Positions 8,570 to 18,010 of a stretch of DNA of 18,570 bases are shown in pieces. Below the pieces are notes generated by a model. That model was given only the letters and a program-made list of their open reading frames with translations, was not told the DNA's origin and did no database searches. The DNA is taken from NCBI GenBank assembly GCA_002269645.1, contig NIVC01005242.1, forward strand, positions 1 to 18,570. Direction: 5' to 3'. Origin of the DNA: Macrostomum lignano. Its lineage: Eukaryota. Position numbers and translations under genes: made by a program. The first letter of the stretch is position 1. Each line of letters opens with the position of its first letter.

Positions 8570-9011
8570 CATCAAGATCCTCTCCGCGAAGCAGAAATCC
8601 TGTCCGTGCAACTGAAAACCATCGAAATCCTCTCCGTGAAACTGGACTCCTTCGAAACCCTCTCCTTGAAACTTAAATCCATCAAAATGGTCTCCATAAA
8701 ACATAAATCAATCATAATTTATCTCCGCGAAACAGAAATCCTCTCCGTGAAGCTGAACATCATCGAAATTCTCTCCGTGAAACTGAACATCATCGAAATC
8801 CTTTCCACGAAACTGAACACCATTGAAATCCTCTCCACGAAACTGAACACCATTGAAATCCTCTCCACGAAACTGAACACCATCGAAATCCTCTCCACGA
8901 AACTGAACACCATTGAAATCCTCTCCACGAAACAGAAATCCTCTTCGTCAGAATTTAAACATTGAAATCGTCTCCGCTAAACTTGACTTAATCGAATTTT
9001 TTCCGTCAAAC
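8570..9011 (+). repeat. 30-bp minisatellite with an expanded CCACGAAACTGAACAC variant
   Basis: Near-perfect 30-mers in tandem at about 8791-8930. Confidence 0.92.
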
Positions 9012-9031
9012 AACTCAACTCGCCAGATTCA

Positions 9032-9065
9032 TTAGGGTTAGGGTTAGGGTTAGGGTTAGGGTTAG
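9032..9065 (+). repeat. Telomere-type tract (TTAGGG)5 TTAG
   Basis: Read directly. Confidence 0.95.
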
Positions 9066-9109
9066 AACTACGCACAGCTTCGTGTTAAAAGGCACAGATA
9101 AAAATATTG

Positions 9110-10015
9110 AACTAATTGAATCAATTCATTGCGCAACCGATTTCACAGTCAGTCAGTATCAGCCTCAGGTAAAGTTAACAAAAACATTGCGCAATCTAAG
9201 TCAACCCTCTAATACACAGCAGCAGTGAGAAGTTCAACCCTCCCCCCAACAATCTTTGCAGATTAAAGTACAATCTTTGCAGAAAGTTAAAAGTATGGAA
9301 ATAGTTTTTCAAATGCTGTGCTTTTTCTTTTTATATTTAAAGCAAACAACTTATATCCCGAACTCAGCGTTGCAAGATCTTGCCAGCAATATAAGTATCT
9401 CCTCTCAAAGTTTAAAACTCGAGGAACAGTTGCCGTTTCTAATTTCCCAATTTCCCGACTGCTTGCCTGAGAGGCTCGCAATTTTGTACATTGAATTTCA
9501 CTGCCAAGCTAATACACAGGGCCGATAATAAAAAAGTGAACCAATTGAATCAATTGATTGCGCAATATATTTCTGTGTTAGTCAGTATAAGTCTCAGTTA
9601 AAGTTAACAAAAAGTTTGCGCAATCTAATCAACCCTCCAATACAAAGCAACTGACCCCCTTCCTATACACAGCGCCAGTTGGAAGTCGAAACCCCCAACT
9701 TTATCTCTCACCTCTCGCCAAAATGAGTACAATCTTTGCAGAAAGTTTAAAGTATGGAAATAGTTTTTGCAATGCAGAGCTTTTAGTTTTCATATTTAAA
9801 GCAAACAATTTATATCCCTGAAATCAGCTTTGCAAGTTCTTTCCAGCAATATAAATTTTTTCTCTCAAAGTTAAAAACTCGAGCAACAGTTTGCGTTTGA
9901 AACTTTCTGATTTAAAGCATTGAAATATCGATTGTACGTTCACTGCCTGCTAAAGAGGCCGCAAGTTTATGCATTGAATTTCAAGGTTCAACAAAATCAC
10001 AGGGCTGCCTATTGA
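9110..10015. repeat. Two AT-rich modules in tandem (Q then P)
   Basis: Module starts at about 9115 and 9540. Confidence 0.8.
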
Positions 10016-10424
10016 AAATTAGAACACAAATCTTTGCGCAATTGTCTATACAGTCAGCCAGTGAGCCAGGGTCCGATTGTACACAGGCAGCCATTTAGAA
10101 CGCCCCATCCCCCCACTGGAGAGAAAATACACTGCAGAGATAGGGAAAAGTTGTGGCGCAATCACTTGAAATTCATGCAAATTTTCAGCTCCAAGCAGAA
10201 AGAGGGGACAATTAAGATTATCAAAGGTCAAGACCGCCGTTTTCTGCTTTTTTGAGGATCTTAGAAATTAAAATTTCAGAATTAAAATAGCCTATAGCCG
10301 ACCTCGGATAATTTCCAATCTTCCCATATAAGTTTCAACGCTGAGTTGGCACTATTCAAGGAGGAGTTGTCGAAATGACAGACAGACAGACAGACAAACA
10401 ACACGTCAACTTTAGTATATATAG

Positions 10425-10450
10425 AGAGTGGAACTCCTCCTTCGGAGGAG
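10425..10450 (-). terminator. Helitron-like 3' terminal hairpin with a variant junction
   Basis: Hairpin at 10434-10450. The junction reads TATATATAGAGAGTGG instead of TATATACGAGTGG. Confidence 0.55.
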
Positions 10451-10591
10451 AAAGGGGAAGAACTCCCATCACCGGAATTCCATTCCCTGAATTATCCATC
10501 AACTGAAATTCCATGTCTTGAACCCCATCTTCCAAATCGTCTCCAAATTCTTTACAAACCTTTCAAAGACCATAGCTCAAAGACTCTTACG

Positions 10592-11589
10592 TCTCTCATA
10601 TCTACTCTCTCCTCTCTTCGCTATTATCGTGACTCGCTTCTCTCTCCTCTCTCTCATCTCATCTCTACCCCTACTCTCTTATTTATCTCTACTCCCTTAT
10701 TTATCTCTTCTCCCTCGTCTTTCTTCTGTACACTCTCCTGTCTACTCTCCTATCTTCTATCTTATCTCTCCCCTTTTCTCTCCTCTCTCATATCTCATCT
10801 CTAATCACTTATCTATCGTCTCCGCTCTACTTTCTCTCTTCCCTTTTCTCTCTTCTCTCTGCTCTCATTTCTCGTATCTCTTATACGCTCTCACCTCTCC
10901 TTTCTTATCTCCCATTTTTCTTCCCTCCTTTCTACTGCATCACCTGTCTCCTCTCCTCTCCATTCTCTCTTCTCTCCTCTCTCTCCTCTCATCTGTACTA
11001 TCTTATTTATCTCTTCTCCCAGGTCTTTCAAATTTACTCTCTCCTGTCTCCTCTCTCCCCTCGTCTTTCCTCTCTCATATCTCTTCTCTACTCACTTATC
11101 TATTCTCTCTCCTCTGCTCCCCTTTTACACTTTCGTATATGCTCTCACTCTCACCCTCTCCTTTCTTATCTCCTGTTTTTTACACTCCTTTCTACCACCT
11201 GTCTCCTCTCGTTTCTCTCCTCTCTGCACTCTCATCTTTACCCTCTTCTTTCTCCTCACTACTTTCTTCTCTTAAATCTCTGATCTCTGATCTTTCATCT
11301 CTCTCCTCTCACCTCTTACCTCTATCCTCTCTTTCCTCTCTTCTATTGCCTCTGTACACTCTTATCCCTCCTTTCTTCTCTCTCCTGTCTCCTCTCTGCT
11401 ATCTCATATCTCCTCTCTCATATCCTCTCCCTTCATCTCCTCTCTTTACTTCTCTTCTCTCTCCTTCGTTCCCGCCTTACTCCCCTCTTCTCTCCCATCT
11501 GTCATGTCTAATCTCTCCACTCATTTCTACTCTGTTTTCTATCATTTCATCTCTCTTCTCTTTTCATTCTTCTCTTTACTCTCTTCTCT
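10592..11589 (+). repeat. Polypyrimidine block, X type (~1.0 kb)
   Basis: Alignable to the unit B block. Retains the CCCAGGTCTTTCAAATTTAC segment. Confidence 0.93.
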
Positions 11590-11611
11590 GACTGATTGAA
11601 GATGCCAAATC

Positions 11612-11712
11612 TATCAAGATCCTCTCCACGAAACAGAAATCCTCTCCGTCAAAATTAAAACATTGAAATCGTCTCCGCTAAACTGGACTCAATCGAATTT
11701 TTTCCGTCAAAC
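11612..11712 (+). repeat. Collapsed minisatellite remnant
   Basis: Only the first and last degenerate copies remain. Confidence 0.8.
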
Positions 11713-11734
11713 AACTCAACTCTCCGGATTCATT

Positions 11735-11770
11735 GGTTAGGGTTAGGGTTAGGGTTAGGGTTAGGGTTAG
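11735..11770 (+). repeat. Telomere-type tract (TTAGGG)5 TTAG
   Basis: Read directly. Confidence 0.95.
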
Positions 11771-11814
11771 AACTACGCACAGCTTCGTGTTAAAAGGCAC
11801 TGATAAAAATATTG

Positions 11815-12260
11815 AACTAATTGAATCAATTCATTGCGCAACCGATTTCACAGTCAGTCAGTATTAGTCTCAGTTAAAGTTAACAAAAAAATTGCGCAAT
11901 CTAAATCAACCCTCCAATACACAGCAGCTGTGAGAAGTTAAACCCTCCCCCAACTTTATCTCTTACGTCTCGCAAAACTGAGTACAATTTATGCAGAAAG
12001 TTAAAAGTATGGAAATAGTTTTTTAAATGCGGTGCTTTTTCTTTTCATATTTAAAGCAAACAACTTATATCCCTAAACTCAGCGTTGCAAGATCTCTCCA
12101 GCAATATAAGTCTCTCCTCTCAAAGTTTAAAACTCGAGGAACAGTTAGGGTTTGAAACTGTCTGATTTATAGCATTGAAGTATCGAGTGTACGTTCACTG
12201 CCTGCTTGCAAGTTGATGCATTGAATTTCAATGTCCAACAAATACACAGGGCTGCCCATT
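11815..12260. repeat. AT-rich internal module, Q subtype
   Basis: Single copy with the same start and end motifs. Confidence 0.8.
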
Positions 12261-12691
12261 GAAAGGCAGGAAAACTTATCAGTAGCCATATCATTGCGCA
12301 ATTATCTATACAGTCAGCCAGTGAGCCAGGGTCCAAGTGTACACACGCAGCCACTGAGAACGCTCCACCCCCACTGGAAAGAAAATACACTACAGAGATA
12401 GGGAAAAGTTGTAGCGCAATCACTAAAAATTCATGCATTTTTTCAGCTCCGAGCAGAAAGAGGAGACAAATAAGATTATCAAAGGTCAAGATTAGAGTTT
12501 TCTCTTTTTTGAGGATCTTAGAAAATTTTTCAGAATTAAAATAGCCTATAGCCGACCTCGGATAATTTCCAATCTTCCATATAAGTTTCAACGCTGAGTT
12601 GGCACTATTCAAGGAGGAGTTGTCGAAATGACAGACAGACAATACAGACAGACATACAGACAGACAAACAACGCGTCAACTTTAGTATATA

Positions 12692-12717
12692 CGAGTGGAA
12701 CTCCTCCTTCGGAGGAG
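12692..12717 (-). terminator. Helitron-like 3' terminal hairpin plus CTCG end
   Basis: Hairpin at 12701-12717. CGAG at 12692-12695. Confidence 0.6.
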
Positions 12718-12859
12718 AAAGGGGAAGAACTCCCATCACTGGAATTCTATTCCCTGAAATATCCATCAACTGAAATTCCATGTCTTTAACCCTATCTTCC
12801 AAATCGTCTCCAAATTCTTTACAAAATCTTTCAAAGACCATAGCTCAAAGACTCTCAAG

Positions 12860-13725
12860 TCTCTCATATCTCCTCTCTCCTCTCTCTCATCTCATCTCTA
12901 CTCCTGCTCCTTATTTATCTCTTCTCCCTCGTCTTTCGTCTGTACCTTCTCCTGTCTTCTGTCTCCTCTCTTCACTCTTATCTCTCCCTCTTCTCTCCTC
13001 TCTCATATGTCATCTCTCCTTACTTATCTATCGTCTCTCTTAACCCTCTCTCTCTTCTCTTTTCTCTCCTATCTGCTTCTCATTTCTCATATCTCATATA
13101 CGCTCTCACACTCTACTTTCTTGTCTCCCATCTTTCTTTCCTCCTTACCACTATCCCCTGTCTCTTCTCTTCTCTCTTTCTATCCTCTCCATTCTCTTAT
13201 CTCTCCTCTCCTCACTACTTTCATTCTCTTAACTCTCTTATCTCTGATCTTTCATCTCTTTCCTCTCTCCTCTCTTCTCTCTTCTCCTCTCGCTTCTCTC
13301 TCTTCTCTCTCGCCTCTCATCTATACTACCTTATTTATATTTTCTCCCTGGTCTTTCGTCTCTACTCTCTCCTGTCTCATTTCTCCCTCTTTCTCTCCTC
13401 TCTTCTCTCTCCCCTCCTCTCTCATCTCTCATCCCTCATCTCACTCCTTCTTTCTCCTCTACTCTCCCCTCTTTTCTATTACCTCTGTACGCTCTTATCC
13501 CTCATCTCTATTCTCTCTCCTATCATCTCTCTTGTCTCCCTCTGCTATCTCATATCTCTCCTCTCGTCTCCTCTCTTCTCTTCTCTTCTCTCTCCTTCGT
13601 TCCCGCCTTACTCACCTCTTCTCTCCCATCTGTCATGTCTAATCTCTCGTCTCATTTCTACTCTGTTTTCTACCATCTCATCTCATCTCTCTTCTCTTTT
13701 CATTCTTCTCTTTACTCTCTTCTCT
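12860..13725 (+). repeat. Polypyrimidine block, diverged Y-like type (~0.87 kb)
   Basis: Shares Y-type motifs (TCTCTCTTAACCCTCTC, CTCACTACTTT, TCGCTTCTCTC) but is shorter and diverged. Confidence 0.9.
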
Positions 13726-13747
13726 GACTGATTGAAGATGCCAAATC

Positions 13748-14159
13748 TATCAAGATCTTCTCCGCGAAGCAGAAATCCTGTCCGTGCAACTGAAAACCAT
13801 CGAAATCCTCTCCGTGAAACTGGACTCCTTCGAAATCCTCTCCGTGAAACTGGACTCCTTCGAAATCCTCTCCGTGAAACTGGACTCCTTCGAAATCCTC
13901 TCCGTGAAACTGGACTCCTTCGAAATCCTCTCCTTGAAACTTAAATCCATCAAAATCGTCGCCATAAAGCAGAAATCAATCATTAATTATCTCCGCGAAA
14001 CAGAAATCCTCTCCGTGAGGCTGAACATCATCAAAATCCTCTCCGTGAAACTGAACGCCATCGAAATCCTCTCCACGAAACAGAAATCCTCTCCGTCAAA
14101 ATTAAAACATTGAAATCGTCTCCGCTAAACTGGACTCAATCGAATTTTTTCCGTCAAAC
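13748..14159 (+). repeat. 30-bp minisatellite with an expanded GAAACTGGACTCCTTC variant
   Basis: Four identical 30-mers at 13801-13920. Confidence 0.93.
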
Positions 14160-14181
14160 AACTCAACTCTCCGGATTCATT

Positions 14182-14229
14182 GGTTAGGGTTAGGGTTAGG
14201 GTTAGGGTTAGGGTTAGGGTTAGGGTTAG
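14182..14229 (+). repeat. Telomere-type tract (TTAGGG)7 TTAG
   Basis: Read directly. Longest tract in the window. Confidence 0.95.
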
Positions 14230-14274
14230 AACTACGCACAGGTTTGTGTTAAAAGGCACTGATAAAAATATTGA

Positions 14275-15140
14275 ACTAATTGAATCAATTATTTCACAGT
14301 CAGTCAGTCAATCTAAATCAACCCTCCAATACACAGCAGCAGTGAGAAGTTGAACCCTCCCCCCAACTTTATCTATTACGTCTCGCAAAACTGATTACAA
14401 TTTTTGCAAAAAGTTAAAAGTATGGGAATAGTTTTCCCAATGAAAAGCTTTTAGTTTTCATATAGAAAGCAAACAACTTATATCCTCGAACTCAGCGTTG
14501 CAAGATCTTTCCAGCAATATAAGTTTCTCCTCTCAAAGTTTAAAACTCGAGGAACAGTTAGCGTTTGAAATTTACCGATTTCCCGACTGCTTGCTAGAGA
14601 AGCTCGCAAGTTTATTCATTGAATTTCACTGCCTAGCTAATACACAGGGCCGATAATAAAAAAGTGAACCAATTGAATCAATTGATTGCGCAATATATTT
14701 CTGTGTTAGTCAGTATAAGTCTCAGTTAAAGTTAACAAAAAGTTTGCGCAATCTAATCAACCCTCCAATACAAAGCAACTGACCCCCTTCCTATACACAG
14801 CGCCAGTTAGAAGTCGAAACCCCAACTTTATCTCTCACCTCTCGCCAAAATGAGTACAATCTTTGCAGAAAGTTTAAAGTATGGAAATAGTTTTTGCAAT
14901 GCAGAGCTTTTAGTTTTCATATTTGAAGCAAACAATTTATATCCCTGAAATCAGCTTTGCAAGTTCTATCCAGCAATATAAATTTTTTTTCTCAAAGTTA
15001 AAAACTCGAGCAACAGTTTGCGTTTGAAACTTTCTGATTTAAAGCATTGAAATATCGATTGTACGTTCACTGCCTGCTAAAGAGGCCCGCAAGTTTATGC
15101 ATTGAATTTCAACGTTCAACAAAATCACATGGCTGCCTAT
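14275..15140. repeat. Two AT-rich modules in tandem (Q then P)
   Basis: Module starts at about 14277 and 14668. The Q/P linker matches unit D. Confidence 0.8.
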
Positions 15141-15548
15141 TGAAAATTAGAACACAAATCTTTGCGCAATTGTCTATACAGTCAGCCAGTGAGCCAGGGT
15201 CCGATTGTACACAGGCAGCCATTTAGAACGCCCCATCCCCCACTGGAGAGAAAATACACTGCAGAGATAGGGAAAAGTTGTGGCGCAATCACTTGAAATT
15301 CATGCAAATTTTCAGCTCCAAGCAGAAAGAGGGGACAATTAAGATTATCAAAGGTCAAGACCGCCGTTTTCTGCTTTTTTGAGGATCTTAGAAATTAAAA
15401 TTTCAGAATTAAAATAGCCTATAGCCGACCTCGGATAATTTCCAATCTTCCCATATAAGTTTCAACGCTGAGTTGGCACTATTCAAGGAGGAGTTGTCGA
15501 AATGACAGACAGACAGACAGACAAACAACACGTCAACTTTAGTATATA

Positions 15549-15574
15549 CGAGTGGAACTCCTCCTTCGGAGGAG
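15549..15574 (-). terminator. Helitron-like 3' terminal hairpin plus CTCG end
   Basis: Hairpin at 15558-15574. CGAG at 15549-15552. Confidence 0.6.
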
Positions 15575-15716
15575 AAAGGGGAAGAACTCCCATCACCGGA
15601 ATTCCATTCCCTGAAATATCCATCAACTGAAATTCCATGTCTTGAACCCTATCTTCCAAATCGTCTCCAAATTCTTTAGAAAACCTTTCAAAGACCATAG
15701 CTCAAAGACTCTCACG

Positions 15717-16714
15717 TCTCTCATATCTACTCTCTCCACTCTGTGCTATTATCGTGACTCTCTTCTCTCTCCTCTCTCTCATCTCATCTCTACCCGTACT
15801 CCCTTATTTATGTTTTCTCCCTCGTCTTTCGTCTGTACCCTCTCCTGTCTCTTGTCTCCTCTCTTCTCTCATATCTCTCCTCTTCACTTCTGTCTCCTGT
15901 CTCTCTCTTCTCTCTTATCTCTCCCTCTTCTCTCCTCTTTTATATGTCATCCCTATTCACTTATCTATCGTCTCTCTTAACCCTCTCTCTCTTCTCTTTT
16001 CTTTCCTCTCTGCTCTCATTTCTCATATCTCATATACGCTCTCACACTCCACTTACTTGTCTCAATCTTTCTTTCCTCCTTTCCACTTTTCCCTGTCTCT
16101 TCTCTTCTCTCTTTTCTATCCTCTCCATTCTCTCTTTTCTCCTCCCCTTGCTCCTTTTATCTTCTCCCCTCTCTTCTCTAATCTCTTCTCTCTTCTCTCT
16201 TATGTTCTCACTCATCTCTTATCATCGCATCTCTCATCTCTCCTCTCCTCACTACTTTCCTCTCTTAACTCTCTTATCTATTTCATCTCTCTCCTCTCTC
16301 CTCTTTCTCTTCTCCTCTCGCTTCTTCTCTCGCTTCTCTCTCCTATCTCTCCTCTCATCTCTACTACCGTATTTATATCTTCTAACTGGTCCTTCGTCTC
16401 TACTCTCTCCTTTCTCCTTTCTCCCCTCTTTTCTCCTTTCTTGTCTCTCTGTCTCCCTCCTCTCTCATCCCTCATCCCCTCATCTCACTCTTTCTTTCTC
16501 CTCTACTCTCCCCTCTCTTCTATTTTCTCTGTACGCTCTTATCCCTAATCTATTTTCTCTCCTCTCTCCTCTTTTCTTCTCTCTCCCTCTTCGTTCCCGC
16601 CTAAATCCCCTCTTCTCTCCAATCTGTCATGTCTAATATCTCCACTTATTTCTACTCTGTTTTCTATCATCTCATCTCTCTTCTGCTTTCATTCTTCTCT
16701 TTACTCTTTTCTCT
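15717..16714 (+). repeat. Polypyrimidine block, Y type (~1.0 kb)
   Basis: Near-identical to 4808-5809. Confidence 0.93.
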
Positions 16715-16735
16715 GACTGATTGAAGATGCAAATC

Positions 16736-16897
16736 CATCAAGATCCTCTCCGCGAAGCAGAAATCCTGTCCGTGCAACTGAAAACCATCGAAATCCTCTC
16801 CGTGAAACTGGACTCCTTCGAAATCCTTTCCGTGAAACTGAAAACCATCGAAATTCTCTCTTTTAAACTGGACTCAATCGAAATTTTCTCCGTCAAA
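16736..16897 (+). repeat. 30-bp minisatellite, short array (same as unit C)
   Basis: Matches 5832-5993. Confidence 0.9.
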
Positions 16898-16919
16898 AAA
16901 ATAAATATCAGGATTCATT

Positions 16920-16954
16920 GGTTAGGGTTATTGTTAGGGTTAGGGTTAGGGTTA
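16920..16954 (+). repeat. Telomere-type tract TTAGGG TTATTG (TTAGGG)3 TTA
   Basis: Identical to the unit C tract. Confidence 0.95.
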
Positions 16955-16984
16955 AAGCTACACACAGCTGCGTGTTCAAATAAA

Positions 16985-17450
16985 AATTGAACCAATTGAA
17001 TCAATTGATTGCGCAACCGATTTCTCAGTCAGTCAGTATCAGTCTCAGTTAAAGTTAAGAAAAACATTGCGCAATCTAAATCAACCCTCCAATACACAGC
17101 AGCAGTGAGAAGTTGAACTCTCCCCCCAACTTTATCTATTACGTCTCGCAAAACTGAGTACAATTTTTGCAGAAAGTTAAAAGTATGGAAATAGTTTTTC
17201 AATGCTGTGCTTTTTATTTTCATATTTAAAGCAAACAATTTATATCCCTGAAATCAGCTTTGCAAGTTCTTTCCAGCAATATTAATTTTTTCTCTCAACA
17301 GTTAAAAACTCGAGCAACAGTTAGCGTTTGAAACTTTTCTGATTTAAAGCATTGAAATATCAATTGTACGTTCACTGCCTGCTAAAGAGGCGCGCAAGTT
17401 TATGCATTGAATTTCAAGGTTCAACAAAAATCACAGGGCTGCCTATTGAA
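16985..17450. repeat. AT-rich internal module, Q subtype
   Basis: Single copy. Its distal part matches the second module of unit C. Confidence 0.8.
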
Positions 17451-17847
17451 AATTAGAACACAAATCTTTGCGCAATTGTCTATACAGTCAGCAGTGAGCC
17501 AGGGTCCGATTGTACACAGGCAGCCATTTAGAACGCCCCATCCCCCACTGGAGAGAAAATACACTGCAGAGATAGGGAAAAGTTGTGGCGCAATCACTTG
17601 AAATTCATGCAAATTTTCAGCTCCAAGCAGAAAGAGGGGACAATTAAGATTATCAAAGGTCAAGACCGCCGTTTTCTGCTGTTTTGAGGATCTTAGAAAT
17701 TAAAATTTCAGAATTAAAATAGCCTATAGCCGACTCGATAATTTCCAATCTTCGCCATATAAGTTTCAACGCTGAGTTGCCACTATTCAAGAGGAGTTGT
17801 CGAAATGACACACAGACAGACAAACAACGCGTCAACTTTAGTATATA

Positions 17848-17873
17848 CGAGTGGAACTCCTCCTTCGGAGGAG
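17848..17873 (-). terminator. Helitron-like 3' terminal hairpin plus CTCG end
   Basis: Hairpin at 17857-17873. CGAG at 17848-17851. Confidence 0.6.
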
Positions 17874-18010
17874 AAAGGGAAGAACTCCATCACCGGAATT
17901 CCATTCCTGAAAATATCCATCAACTGAAATTCCATGTCTTGAACCTATCTTCCAAATCGTCTCCAAATTCTTTATAAAACTTTCAAAGCCATAGCTTAAA
18001 GACTCTCACG

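Larger units (their letters stand above)
7437..10424 (-). mobile_element. Unit D: non-autonomous Helitron-like element (2988 bp)
   Basis: The minus-strand start reads (TC)TCTATATATACTAAAG, the most canonical Helitron-like 5' end in the window. The 3' hairpin has one mismatch at 7452. Two AT modules. Confidence 0.62.
10425..12691 (-). mobile_element. Unit E: non-autonomous Helitron-like element (2267 bp)
   Basis: Same termini. One AT module, minisatellite almost absent, head moderately diverged. Confidence 0.62.
12692..15548 (-). mobile_element. Unit F: non-autonomous Helitron-like element (2857 bp)
   Basis: Same termini. Two AT modules and the longest TTAGGG tract. Confidence 0.62.
15549..17847 (-). 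mobile_element. Unit G: non-autonomous Helitron-like element (2299 bp), sister of unit C
   Basis: Same termini. Tail, CT block, minisatellite and TTATTG-interrupted telomeric tract are near-identical to unit C. One AT module. Confidence 0.62.

Noticed and set aside
14182-14229. TTAGGG tracts as true chromosome ends or telomere-healing scars
   Set aside because: The tracts are only 3-7 repeats long and have the same flanks on both sides in every unit, so they were copied as part of the unit.
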